The notes below the pieces were generated by a model that was given only the letters and a program-made list of their open reading frames with translations, made no database searches and was not told the DNA's origin. Positions 47,321-58,771 of a DNA stretch of 64,000 nt are shown here, in pieces. The stretch is from NCBI GenBank assembly GCA_965221775.1, contig CBDCSU010000006.1, forward strand, positions 1,632,001 through 1,696,000, written 5' to 3'. How positions within the stretch are numbered: the stretch's first letter is position 1; every line of letters begins with the position of its first letter. Source of the DNA: Candidatus Latescibacterota bacterium. GTDB lineage: Bacteria > Latescibacterota > UBA2968 > UBA8231. A program made the translations under genes and the position numbers.

Positions 47321-48544
47321 ATGCTCACCGTCGAGGAGGCGCGCGGCGCCGTCCTGGAGCGCATCCGCCCCCTGGGGGCCGAGCGCGTCGCCCTCACCGG
47401 GGCTCTCGGCCGCGTGCTGGCCGCCGACGTGGCGGCCCCGTACGACAACCCGCCCCACGACAACTCGGCCATGGACGGCTTCGCCGTGCGCTTCGCCGAC
47501 GTGGCCGCCGCCACCGAGGAGAGTCCCGCGGCGCTGCCGGTGATCGAGGACATCCCCGCCGGCCGCGTCCCGGAGCACCGGCTGGAGGCCGGCCAGGCGA
47601 GCCGCATCATGACCGGCGCGCCGGTCCCGCCCGGCTGCGACACGGTGATCCGCGTGGAGGACACCCGCGACCACGGCGACCGCGTCGACATCCTGGTGCC
47701 GCAGGAGGAGGGCGCCAACATCCGCCGCCGCGGCGAGGACATGCGCGAGGGCGAGCCCCTGATCCGCGCCGGCGCCGAGCTCGGCTCCGGAGAGGTGGGC
47801 GTCCTCGCAGCGGTGCAGCAGAGCTTCGTCGCCGTCGGCCGGCGGCCCACGGTGGCGGTGCTGTCCTCGGGCGACGAGCTGGTCGAGATCGACCAGGTCC
47901 GCGGTCCGGGGCAGATCGTCAACAGCAACACCCCCGCCCTCGGCGCCGTGGCCCGCGCCTGCGGCGCCGAGCCGGTGCTGCTGCCCACGGTGGCCGACGA
48001 CGAGGCCGCCATCCGCGCCTCGGTGGAGACCGCCCTCACCTGCGACTTCGTGGTCTCCTCCGGCGGCGTCTCCGTGGGCGAGCACGACTACGTGAAGAAG
48101 GTCCTCGACGACCTCGGCGCCGAGGAGGTGCTCTGGCGGGTGGCGATGAAGCCGGGCAAGCCCCTGTTCTTCTGCATGCTCCGGGGCAAGCCCTACTTCG
48201 GGCTGCCCGGCAACCCCGTGTCGAGCCTGATGTCGTTCCTGCAGTTCGTCGGCCCCGCCGTGCGCAAGGCCGCCGGCCACCCGCCGGAGCGCTGGCCCCT
48301 GCCCGAGAGCACCGCCCTCATGGAGCACGACGTGGCCAACGACGGCGACCGCCGCAACTTCCTGCGGGCGCGGCTGCGCCTCGACGGCGGCGGCCGCCTG
48401 ACGGCCAGCACCTCGCACCGGGCCCAGGGCTCCCACATCCTCACCTCCATGCTCGGGGCCAACGGCATCGTCGTCCTCGACCCGGACCAGGCCGCCGCCG
48501 CGGGCGACCCCGTGACGGTGCAGATCATCGGCGCCGTCGCCTGA
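47321..48544 (+). CDS. moeA: Molybdopterin molybdotransferase
   Basis: SAMDGFA, IMTGAP, SGGVSVG..DY, KPGKP, GLPGNP. Confidence 0.95.
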   Translation: MLTVEEARGAVLERIRPLGAERVALTGALGRVLAADVAAPYDNPPHDNSAMDGFAVRFADVAAATEESPAALPVIEDIPAGRVPEHRLEAGQASRIMTGAPVPPGCDTVIRVEDTRDHGDRVDILVPQEEGANIRRRGEDMREGEPLIRAGAELGSGEVGVLAAVQQSFVAVGRRPTVAVLSSGDELVEIDQVRGPGQIVNSNTPALGAVARACGAEPVLLPTVADDEAAIRASVETALTCDFVVSSGGVSVGEHDYVKKVLDDLGAEEVLWRVAMKPGKPLFFCMLRGKPYFGLPGNPVSSLMSFLQFVGPAVRKAAGHPPERWPLPESTALMEHDVANDGDRRNFLRARLRLDGGGRLTASTSHRAQGSHILTSMLGANGIVVLDPDQAAAAGDPVTVQIIGAVA

Positions 48545-48546
48545 GG

Positions 48547-49122
48547 ATGGGGCGGGTCGAGGTCCACGGCCGCCGGACCCTGCTCGACCGCTTCTTCCGG
48601 GTGGAGGAGGTCGACCTCAGCCACGAGCGTCCCGACGGCTCCATGAGCCGCCCCCTGACGCGGCTCAACGTCGACCGCGGCGACGGGGCGGCGGTGGTGC
48701 TCCACGACCCGGAGCGCGGCGTCGTCGTTCTGGTGCGCCAGTTCCGCTTCTCCGCCTGGGAGAAGGGCCCGGGCTGGCTGCACGAGCTGGTGGCGGGGAC
48801 GGTCCCCGAAGGGCAGCAGCCCGAGGATGTGGCCCGCGCCGAGTGCCTGGAGGAAGCCGGCTACGAGGTGGACCGCCTCGAGCCGGTCGGCAGCTTCTAC
48901 CTGACCCCGGGCGGCTCCTCGGAGCGGATCTTCCTCTACTACGCGGCGGTGGGCGCCGGACAGCGCCGCGGCCCCGGCGGCGGCCTCGAGGGGGAGGGCG
49001 AGAGCATCGAGGTCCTGGAGTGGCCCGAGGAGGAGGTCTGGGCCGCCCTGGACGCCGGAAGGATCGCCGACGCCAAGACCCTGGTGGGCCTCATGTGGCT
49101 GCGGCGGCGCCTCTTTTCCTGA
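48547..49122 (+). CDS. NUDIX hydrolase (ADP-ribose/GDP-mannose pyrophosphatase-like)
   Basis: VLVRQFR, AG...A.AEC.EEAG Nudix box, TPGGSSE, DAKT. Confidence 0.85.
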   Translation: MGRVEVHGRRTLLDRFFRVEEVDLSHERPDGSMSRPLTRLNVDRGDGAAVVLHDPERGVVVLVRQFRFSAWEKGPGWLHELVAGTVPEGQQPEDVARAECLEEAGYEVDRLEPVGSFYLTPGGSSERIFLYYAAVGAGQRRGPGGGLEGEGESIEVLEWPEEEVWAALDAGRIADAKTLVGLMWLRRRLFS

Positions 49123-49183
49123 GGTCGGGGTCTGCGGATATTACCCCGGCTTCACCGGGAATCCCATCAAGGAGCCACTCCCC

Positions 49184-51157
<1,974 letters not shown>

Positions 51158-51161
51158 TCCC

Positions 51162-52775
51162 GTGTACGACCTGCTCGTCACCGGAGGCCGTCTCCTCGAC
51201 GGGACCGGCGCCCCGTCACGCGCCGCCGACGTGGCCGTCCAGAACGGCCGCATCGCCGCCATCGGCGATCTCGCCGGGTCCCCGGCCGGGTCCACCGTCG
51301 ACGCCTCCGGGCGCTTCGTCGCCCCCGGCTTCATCGACATCCACACCCACTCCGACCTCACCCTCCTGGTGGAGGGCCGCGCCTCCTCCTCCGTGGCCCA
51401 GGGGATCACCACCCAGATCGTCGGCAACTGCGGCGTTTCGGCGGCGCCGACCCGGGACTACGAGCCCTACTACGGCCCCCTGGACCCGGCCATGACCCGC
51501 GGCCTCGAGTGCGACTGGACCGGCTTCGACGGCTACTTCGCGCGCCTGGAGGACCAGGGCGTCGGCACCAACGTGGCCGCCCTCGTGGGCCACGGGAACG
51601 TGCGGGTGGCAGCCATGGGCTGGGACGACCGCGAGGCGACGGCGGCGGAGATGGAGCGCATGAGGCAACTCACCGCCCGGGCCATGGAGGACGGCGCCGT
51701 CGGCCTCTCCAGCGGCCTGGCCTACGCCCCCGGGCCCTATGCCCCGCTGGACGAGCTCATCGCCCTCGGCGAGGTGATCGCCTCCTTCGGCGGCATCTAC
51801 ACCAGCCACATCCGCAACCAGACGAAGGGGATCGCCGAGGCCGTGGCCGAGGTCACCGCCGTCGCCGAGGGCGCCGGGGTGGCGGGCCACGTGTCGCACA
51901 TGCAGCCGGGGTCCCCCATGCTCGGCGCCACCGCCGGCCTGCTGGCCGACCTGGACGCCCTTCGGCAGCGCGGGGTCGACGTCAGCTGCGACGCCATCCC
52001 CTACACGATCGGCTCCACGACCCTGAAGTCGCTGCTACCGCCCTGGTCCCTCGACGGCGGCGACGAGGCGCTGCTGCGCCGGCTGCGCGACCCGGAGCAG
52101 CGCCGCGCCATCCAGGCCGACACCCTCGCCCACGGGGCCGAGAGCGGCGGCAGCCGCAAGCGCAACCTCGCCAAGGAGGGGGCCTGGGACCGCATCTGGC
52201 TCGGCAGCGCCGGCGACGCCAACGCCCACCTGACGGGCCGCTCCTTCGCCGAGATCGGCCGGCTCCGCGGCCAGGACCCGCACGACGCCGTCCTCGACAT
52301 CCTGATCGAGGAGGAGGCGCGGCCCTGGATGCTGGCCGAGGACGTGGGCGAGGAGGACTTCCTCAACATCGCCCGCCACGAGACCGGCGGGGTGATCTCC
52401 GACGGCTTCTCGCTGATCCCGGAGGGGGTCCTGGCCGAGGGCAAGCACCACCCGCGGTCGTACGGCGCCTTCCCCTACTTCCTGCGCCGCTTCATCCGCG
52501 ACCAGGGGGCCCTCACCTGGGAGCAGGCCGTGCACAAGCTCACCGGACACGCGGCGGCGCGCTTCCGCCTCGACGGGCGGGGCGTGCTGCGCGAGGGCGC
52601 CTGGGCGGACCTCGTCGTCTTCGACCCCGAAACCGTGGGCGAGACGGCCGACTTCGACGACCCCTATCGCTACCCGCGGGGGATCGACCACGTGTACGTC
52701 AACGGCGTCGCCGCCGTGAGCGGCGGCCGGCTCACCGACCGCTGCCCCGGGCGAGTGCTGCGCCGGGCGGCCTGA
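51162..52775 (+). CDS. N-acyl-D-amino-acid deacylase (amidohydrolase)
   Basis: PGFIDIHTHSD, GNCG, YTSHIR, HPRSYGAFP, ADLVVFDP. Confidence 0.9.
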   Translation: MYDLLVTGGRLLDGTGAPSRAADVAVQNGRIAAIGDLAGSPAGSTVDASGRFVAPGFIDIHTHSDLTLLVEGRASSSVAQGITTQIVGNCGVSAAPTRDYEPYYGPLDPAMTRGLECDWTGFDGYFARLEDQGVGTNVAALVGHGNVRVAAMGWDDREATAAEMERMRQLTARAMEDGAVGLSSGLAYAPGPYAPLDELIALGEVIASFGGIYTSHIRNQTKGIAEAVAEVTAVAEGAGVAGHVSHMQPGSPMLGATAGLLADLDALRQRGVDVSCDAIPYTIGSTTLKSLLPPWSLDGGDEALLRRLRDPEQRRAIQADTLAHGAESGGSRKRNLAKEGAWDRIWLGSAGDANAHLTGRSFAEIGRLRGQDPHDAVLDILIEEEARPWMLAEDVGEEDFLNIARHETGGVISDGFSLIPEGVLAEGKHHPRSYGAFPYFLRRFIRDQGALTWEQAVHKLTGHAAARFRLDGRGVLREGAWADLVVFDPETVGETADFDDPYRYPRGIDHVYVNGVAAVSGGRLTDRCPGRVLRRAA

Positions 52776-52784
52776 AGGGACATC

Positions 52785-53519
52785 GTGAGGGAGCCGTTAT
52801 ACGAGGACACCGACCTGATTCCGGGACAGCCCTGGCGCGTTCACGACAGCGGGCGTCCGCAGCCCCGCATCGTCACCCCCGCCGCCGAGCCGGGGGGACC
52901 GCCCTCCGACGCGGTGGTGCTCTTCGACGGCAGCGACCTGTCCGAGTGGGAGAGCGCCGGCAACCCGGGGCAGGAGGCGGGCTGGAAGGTCGCCGACGGC
53001 TGCGTGGAGGTCGTGCCCGGCACCGGGGACATGCAGACCGTCAGGCGCTTCGGGGACTGCCAGGTTCACCTGGAGTGGGCGACACCGACCGAGGTCACCG
53101 ACGACAGCCAGCTGCGCGGCAACAGCGGCGTCTACCTCATGGGACTCTACGAGATCGCGATCCTCGACGGCTACGACAACCCCACCTACGCCGACGGCGC
53201 CGCCGGCTCGATCTACGGCCAGTTCCCGCCCTTCATCAACGCCTGCCGCGCGCCTGGAGACTGGCAGTCCTTCGACATCTTCTTCGAGACCCCCCGCTGG
53301 GACGAGGGCTGGCTGGTGGAACCGGCGCGCTTCACCGTGCTCCACAACGGCCTGCTGCTGCACCACCGCCAGGAGGCGATGGGTCCCACGGTCCACCTCG
53401 ACACCAGCAGCTACGCCTCCCCTCACGACGAGGAAGGCCCGCTGCTGCTGCAGGACCACGGCCCCATGCGTTTCCGCAATATCTGGCTACGGCCGCTAAC
53501 CGACTACGACGCCGAATGA
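52785..53519 (+). CDS. DUF1080 (3-keto-disaccharide hydrolase) family, copy 1
   Basis: PPSDAVVLFDG, GNSGV, YE..ILD, LQDHG..FRNIW. Confidence 0.9.
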   Translation: MREPLYEDTDLIPGQPWRVHDSGRPQPRIVTPAAEPGGPPSDAVVLFDGSDLSEWESAGNPGQEAGWKVADGCVEVVPGTGDMQTVRRFGDCQVHLEWATPTEVTDDSQLRGNSGVYLMGLYEIAILDGYDNPTYADGAAGSIYGQFPPFINACRAPGDWQSFDIFFETPRWDEGWLVEPARFTVLHNGLLLHHRQEAMGPTVHLDTSSYASPHDEEGPLLLQDHGPMRFRNIWLRPLTDYDAE

Positions 53520-53544
53520 GGCCGGGAGGCCTGAAGGAGGATCG

Positions 53545-54282
53545 ATGGCAAGCCTGGGATACGACGACACCGACCTGATACCTGGACAGCCCTGGCGAGT
53601 CCACGACAGCCGGCGCCCGCACCCTCGCATCGTCACCCCCGCCGCCGCGCCGGGGGGGCCGCCCTCCGACGCGGTGGTGCTCTTCGACGGCACCGACCTG
53701 TCCGAGTGGGAGAGCGCCCGCAGCCCGGGGGAGGAGGCGGCCTGGAAGGTGGAGGACGGCCACGTGGAGGTCGTGCCCGGCACCGGGGACATTCAGACCG
53801 TCAAGCGCTTTGGCGACTGTCAGCTCCACCTGGAGTGGGCGAGCCCGTCCGAGGTCTCCGGCGAGAGCCAGGGCCGCGGCAACAGCGGCGTCTTCCTCAT
53901 GGGGCTCTACGAGATCCAGGTCCTCGACGGCTACGACAACCCCACCTACGCCGACGGCGGCGCCGGCTCCATCTACGGCCAGTTCCCGCCCTTCGTGAAC
54001 GCCTGCCGCCCACCGGGGGAGTGGCAGTCCTACGACCTCGTATTCGAGACCCCGCGCTGGGACGAGGGCTGGCTGGTGGAGCCGGCGCGCCTCACCCTGT
54101 TCCACAACGGCCTGCTGCTGCACCACCGCCAGGAGGCGCAGGGGCCCACGGGTCACCGCAACACCTGCTCCTACGCCACGCAACACGACGAGGAAGGCCC
54201 CCTGAAGCTGCAGGACCACGGCAACCCGACGCGCTTCCGCAACATCTGGATGCGGCCGCTCACCGACTACGACGCCGAATGA
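53545..54282 (+). CDS. DUF1080 (3-keto-disaccharide hydrolase) family, copy 2
   Basis: As copy 1; canonical YEIQVLD and LQDHGNP.RFRNIW. Confidence 0.9.
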   Translation: MASLGYDDTDLIPGQPWRVHDSRRPHPRIVTPAAAPGGPPSDAVVLFDGTDLSEWESARSPGEEAAWKVEDGHVEVVPGTGDIQTVKRFGDCQLHLEWASPSEVSGESQGRGNSGVFLMGLYEIQVLDGYDNPTYADGGAGSIYGQFPPFVNACRPPGEWQSYDLVFETPRWDEGWLVEPARLTLFHNGLLLHHRQEAQGPTGHRNTCSYATQHDEEGPLKLQDHGNPTRFRNIWMRPLTDYDAE

Positions 54283-56858
54283 GGCCGGCCGCCGCCGGGA
54301 TCCTCGGCCCGGGCACGGCCCTGGTCCTTGCGATGGCCGTGGCCGCCTGGCCCTCCACCGGGCCGGTGGTCTCCGTGGTGCGCTCCGACGACGCCGGCCT
54401 GCCGGCGCCGGTGCCCGCCGACCAGTCCCTCGACTACGCCGCCCACGTCCGGCCCATGGTCCGCGCCGCCGTGGAGCGCTCCGGCCTCCGGGAACGGGTC
54501 CAGGCCGCCCGCCCGGGCCCCGACGGCGTCGTCGACGTGGTCTGCAAGGTCAACATCGTTCACGTCGACCATGTGCCGGGCGACATCACCGACTCTCGGG
54601 TGGTCAAGGCGCTCCTCGAGGCGGTCCACGAGTGGGCTCCGGGCGCCCGGCTGACGATCGCCGAGGGCGGCGTCTGGATACCGCCGGAGCGCAAGGACCT
54701 GATCGCGCTGCTCGACCGCGTGGAGGTCGGCGACGGCTTCGAGGCCGCCGGGTACCGCGCCCTGCTCCGCGACCCCGACCTCGCCGGCGCCGACCTGCGC
54801 ATCGTCGACCTCAACTACGACGACGCCGTCGAGGTGGAGCCGCCGGGCGGAGGGCTGTCGGCCGAGAGCTACTGGGTGCCGCGGACGGTGCGGGAGGCGG
54901 AGGTCCTGATCAGCGTGCCGGTGCTCAAGATCACCGGCGTCGTGGGCATGACCGTGGCGATGAAGAACCTGATCGGCATCGCCCCGGGACTGAAGTACGG
55001 CTGGCCGAAGCTGAGAGGCTGGCCCCCGGAGTCGGGCAGCCCCGGCCTGTGGCACACGCACCAGACCCTCGACGAGACGATCGTCGACCTGGCCGGCGTG
55101 GCCGGGGTGGACTTCGCCGTGGTCGACGGCATCGTCGGCATGGAGCGGGAACGGATCCGCTCGGAGGGCGGCTTTCCCGTGCGCGTCAACACGATCGTGG
55201 CCGGCCCGGACATGCTCGCCGTCGACGCCGTGGCCGCCCGGCTGATGGGGTTGAACCCCGCCGACATGGAGTTTCTGCAGGTCGGACAGCGCCTCGGCCT
55301 GGGGGTGGCCGACCTCGACCGCCTCCGGGTGCGGGACGACCTCGAGGACCTCGTCCGCCGCTTCGAGAAGAAGCCCCACGACGAGAACTCCCGCTACGGC
55401 ATGGGCAACCGCACCTGGCTCCTCAAGGGCCCGGTTCCCGTTGACGCCGACGCCGGCCTCGATCCGGCGGTCACGCCCCGTCCCGGCGCCGGCGGCTGGT
55501 CCGGCTCCGTCTACTTCCACGACGACCGGATCGACCTCGACCGCCACTTCTCCGACCCCACCCACTGCGTGGTCTACGCCTACGCCGAGTTCGACGCCCC
55601 CCGCGACGAGCCCGCCGAGCTGTGGGTCGGGTCGGACGAGGGTCTGACGGTCTGGATCGACGGGCGGGAGCTCCACCGGTTCCGCGGCCGGCGGCGTCAC
55701 TTCCTGCCCTGCGAGCGCGTGCCCATCCACCTGACGAAGGGCCGCCACCGGGTGCTCGTGCGCGCCGAGCAGCGGCGCGGCGACTTCGACTTCAGCCTCA
55801 AGCTGTGCGAGGCGGAAGAGGACGAGCGCTACGACGGCAACGCCGTTCTCGGCCTGCGCTGGCGCACCCCCGAAGGAGCGGGGCCGGCAACGGAGGTCCG
55901 GGTCCAGCAGGGCCGCCGCACCCTGCCCTGGTACGCCGAGACCCTGGTGGACGAGACCCGGCGCGGCCACCTGCTCCTCTCCGCCATCCTGCCGGCCCAC
56001 GGACAGACCGCCTGGGCGGGGATGGAGCGGGCGGTCATGTGGGCCAACCCGATGGAGCTGTCCATCGACCTCACGGGCCCGGCCCCCCGCATCATCACCG
56101 ACAACCTCTCCGCCTTCCGGCTGAACCGCACCGGCCCCCTGGCCGGGCTCCGGTCCTCCGCGGCGGTGTCGATCGACGGCTCCGAGGTGGCCCTCGGCGG
56201 CGGCGACCAGCTCTGCCTGGCCCGGGACGAGGCGGGCTCCTGGCGGGCCGGGGACCCGTCGGCGTGCGAATCGGTGCCCCCCGTGGCCACGGCGGCCGCC
56301 ACCCTGGCGAACGACGATCTCACCGGGCCCTGGTACGACACGGCCCTCGGCAACTGGTTCTGCGACTCCATCCTCTTCGCCACCGGCGCCGAGATCGCCT
56401 TCCAGAACAACGCCGGCATCCGCCAGCCCCTGGAGGAGGGGCAGATCACCATCGGCGCCATCTTCCGCATGAACTTCCGCGACGAGCTCTACACCTTCGA
56501 GCTCACCGGCGCCGAGGTGCTCGACATCCTCGAGTTCGACGCCCGGGACGGCAAGGAACGGCCGATGCAGGTGGCGGGCCTCTCCTATGCCGTGGACCGG
56601 TCGCGGCCCGAGGGCCGGCGGGTGGTCGAGCACGACCTCGACCTGCAGCGGACCTACAAGCTGGCCGCCGAGGACTACCTCGTCCTGCGGGCAGACCGGT
56701 TCTTCGACCGCGAGGTAAAGTGGACCAACACGGAGGTACAGATCGTGGACGCCCAGATCCGCTACGCCAGCCGGCAGGGGACGGTGACGCCGCCGCCCTT
56801 GGGACGGATCCGGCGGCTGGACGCGCCCGCCGGCGCCGACCGCGAGGAAGCCCCGTGA
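54279..56858 (+). CDS. Secreted multidomain protein: DUF362 + PA14-like beta domain + 5'-nucleotidase C-terminal domain
   Basis: ATGA overlap; AEGG, AMKNLIG, DGIVGME, D..AVDAVAARLMG; GSDEG..VWIDG; LGN...D, N.AGIR, LTG, QVAGL. Confidence 0.7.
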   Translation: MRPAAAGILGPGTALVLAMAVAAWPSTGPVVSVVRSDDAGLPAPVPADQSLDYAAHVRPMVRAAVERSGLRERVQAARPGPDGVVDVVCKVNIVHVDHVPGDITDSRVVKALLEAVHEWAPGARLTIAEGGVWIPPERKDLIALLDRVEVGDGFEAAGYRALLRDPDLAGADLRIVDLNYDDAVEVEPPGGGLSAESYWVPRTVREAEVLISVPVLKITGVVGMTVAMKNLIGIAPGLKYGWPKLRGWPPESGSPGLWHTHQTLDETIVDLAGVAGVDFAVVDGIVGMERERIRSEGGFPVRVNTIVAGPDMLAVDAVAARLMGLNPADMEFLQVGQRLGLGVADLDRLRVRDDLEDLVRRFEKKPHDENSRYGMGNRTWLLKGPVPVDADAGLDPAVTPRPGAGGWSGSVYFHDDRIDLDRHFSDPTHCVVYAYAEFDAPRDEPAELWVGSDEGLTVWIDGRELHRFRGRRRHFLPCERVPIHLTKGRHRVLVRAEQRRGDFDFSLKLCEAEEDERYDGNAVLGLRWRTPEGAGPATEVRVQQGRRTLPWYAETLVDETRRGHLLLSAILPAHGQTAWAGMERAVMWANPMELSIDLTGPAPRIITDNLSAFRLNRTGPLAGLRSSAAVSIDGSEVALGGGDQLCLARDEAGSWRAGDPSACESVPPVATAAATLANDDLTGPWYDTALGNWFCDSILFATGAEIAFQNNAGIRQPLEEGQITIGAIFRMNFRDELYTFELTGAEVLDILEFDARDGKERPMQVAGLSYAVDRSRPEGRRVVEHDLDLQRTYKLAAEDYLVLRADRFFDREVKWTNTEVQIVDAQIRYASRQGTVTPPPLGRIRRLDAPAGADREEAP

Positions 56859-58231
56859 CCCGGGCCCCCGCACGCGGCATCGACCGCCCGGCGCTGGACG
56901 CCGCCTGCGCCGAGGAGGAGGCCGTCTTCGCGGAGCGCAACCCGCGCTCGGCGGCGATGTTCGCCCGCGCCGCCGGCTCCCTGCCCGGCGGCAACACGCG
57001 CACCGGCGTGCACATGCCCCCCTTTCCCCTGTATGCCGAGCGGGGCGAGGGCGTCTGGCTGCACGACCTCGACGGCCACCGGCTGCTGGACTTCGTCAAC
57101 AACAACACCGCCCTCGTCCTCGGACACGCCCATCCCGCCGTGGTCTCGGCCCTGCGGGAGGCCGTGGGCCGGGGCACCGGGTTCAGCCGCCCCACCGCCC
57201 TCGAGGTCGAGATGGCCGAGCTCATCCGCCGGCGGCTGCCGTCGCTGGAGCGGCTGCGGTTCTGCAGCTCCGGCTCCGAGGCCGTGATCAACGCCCTGAG
57301 GGCCGCCCGCGCCTTCACCGGGCGCACGGGGACGGCCAAGTTCGAGGGCGCCTTCCACGGCATCGACGACCACGCCATGGTCAGCTACCTGCCGCCGGTC
57401 GGTCCGGACCTCGGTCCCGCCGAGGCGCCGCACTCCGTGGCTTCCACGGCGGGTCTCTCCTCGGCGGCCCTCGAGGACGTGGTGGTCCTGCCCTTCAACG
57501 ACGCCGGCGCCGTCGAGGCCATCCTCGCCGAGCATGGCAGCCGGCTCGCCGCCGTCATCGTCGATCCCCTGTCCACGGCGGCGGGGCTGGCCCTGCCCCA
57601 GGAGGGCTTCCTCGAGCGGGTGCGGGATGCCGCCCACCGCGCCGGGGCCCTGCTCGTCTTCGACGAGATCGTCAGCTTCCGCATGGGGCCGGGAGGGGTG
57701 CAGGAGCATCTGGGCGTGCGGCCCGACCTGACCTGCCTCGGCAAGGTCATCGCCGGCGGCACCCCGGGAGCTGTCTTCGGGGGCCGCAAGGAGGTCATGG
57801 CCCTCTACGATCCCGGCCGCGGCGCCAGGATCCCCCAGTCGGGGACGTTCAACGCCAACCCCTTCGCCCTGACCGCGGGCAAGGTCACACTGGAGACGAT
57901 GACCCCCGCCGCCTACGCGCGGATCGCGGAGCTGGCGCAGGCCGCGGCCCGGGGGCTGGAGCGGGTCTTCGGTGAGTTGGGGCTGGCGGCCTGCGTGGTC
58001 GTGGCCGGCTCGATCTTCCGCGTCTACTTCCTGGAGAAGCCGCCGCGCAACTACCGCGAGGCGGCGGCCGACGACGCGCCGCTGCAGCGCTGGCTGCACC
58101 TGCGCCTGCTGAACCGCGGGATCTACTGGCGGCAGGGGGGCAGCATCTCCCTGCCCCTGGAGGGCGAGCACGTGGACCAGCTCGTGGAGACGGTGCGCGA
58201 CAGCCTGGCGGAGTTGACGCGGGAGGGCTGA
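56855..58231 (+). CDS. Class III aminotransferase (glutamate-1-semialdehyde aminomutase-like)
   Basis: LPGG.TR, LGHAHP, SGSEA, FDEI, LGKVIAGG, SGTFNANP. Confidence 0.9.
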   Translation: MTRAPARGIDRPALDAACAEEEAVFAERNPRSAAMFARAAGSLPGGNTRTGVHMPPFPLYAERGEGVWLHDLDGHRLLDFVNNNTALVLGHAHPAVVSALREAVGRGTGFSRPTALEVEMAELIRRRLPSLERLRFCSSGSEAVINALRAARAFTGRTGTAKFEGAFHGIDDHAMVSYLPPVGPDLGPAEAPHSVASTAGLSSAALEDVVVLPFNDAGAVEAILAEHGSRLAAVIVDPLSTAAGLALPQEGFLERVRDAAHRAGALLVFDEIVSFRMGPGGVQEHLGVRPDLTCLGKVIAGGTPGAVFGGRKEVMALYDPGRGARIPQSGTFNANPFALTAGKVTLETMTPAAYARIAELAQAAARGLERVFGELGLAACVVVAGSIFRVYFLEKPPRNYREAAADDAPLQRWLHLRLLNRGIYWRQGGSISLPLEGEHVDQLVETVRDSLAELTREG

Positions 58232-58246
58232 GGACGAGGAGGCACC

Positions 58247-58624
58247 GTGAGCTGTCCCTTCTGTCCACCGCAGGTCGAGGACCAACCCGTACCGCTCGAG
58301 AACGAGTCGAGCCTCTTCATCGATCTGAAGCACCCGGTCCTGCAAGGGTCCGGGGTCATCGTGCCGAGAGCCCACCGGCCGTCGGTCTTCGATCTCACAC
58401 CGGAGGAGATCACCTCCGCCTTCTCACTCCTGGCGGAGGTCAAGGCCCTCCTCGACGCCGAGCACGAACCGCAGGGATACAACGTGGGGTGGAACTGCGG
58501 CGCCGTGGCCGGACAGACCGTGTTCCACGCCCACCTGCACGTGATTCCGCGCTACGCGGCCGAACCCCACGCCGGCAAGGGCATCCGCTACTGGATCAAG
58601 CAGGAATCCAATCGCCGCACCTGA
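58247..58624 (+). CDS. HIT family protein
   Basis: CPFC; AGQTVFHAHLHVIPR. Confidence 0.92.
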   Translation: MSCPFCPPQVEDQPVPLENESSLFIDLKHPVLQGSGVIVPRAHRPSVFDLTPEEITSAFSLLAEVKALLDAEHEPQGYNVGWNCGAVAGQTVFHAHLHVIPRYAAEPHAGKGIRYWIKQESNRRT

Positions 58625-58638
58625 CCCCGGCCACGCCC

Positions 58639-58699
58639 GGTCGGGTTCGGGTTGACGTTGGTCCTGGCTGACGCCGCGCCCGGGCAGCCGGTGCGCGGG
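58639..58699. repeat. Degenerate direct copy of 58859-58928 (3' part of K+ channel gene)
   Basis: ggtcgggt(t/c)cgggttgacgttggt...cctggc...gcagccggtgcgcggg shared. Confidence 0.7.
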
Positions 58700-58736
58700 G
58701 TCTGCAGGCCGTGTGCGCAGGCGGTCTCGCGCACGT

Positions 58737-58755
58737 CCCCCCCCCCCCCCCCCCC
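58737..58755. repeat. Poly-C tract (19 nt)
   Basis: Direct read. Confidence 0.9.
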
Positions 58756-58771
58756 GGCACCTCGTACGGCC

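Noticed and set aside
56855-58231. Calling this gene hemL
   Set aside because: GSA-like, but motifs diverge and there is no tetrapyrrole context; left without a symbol
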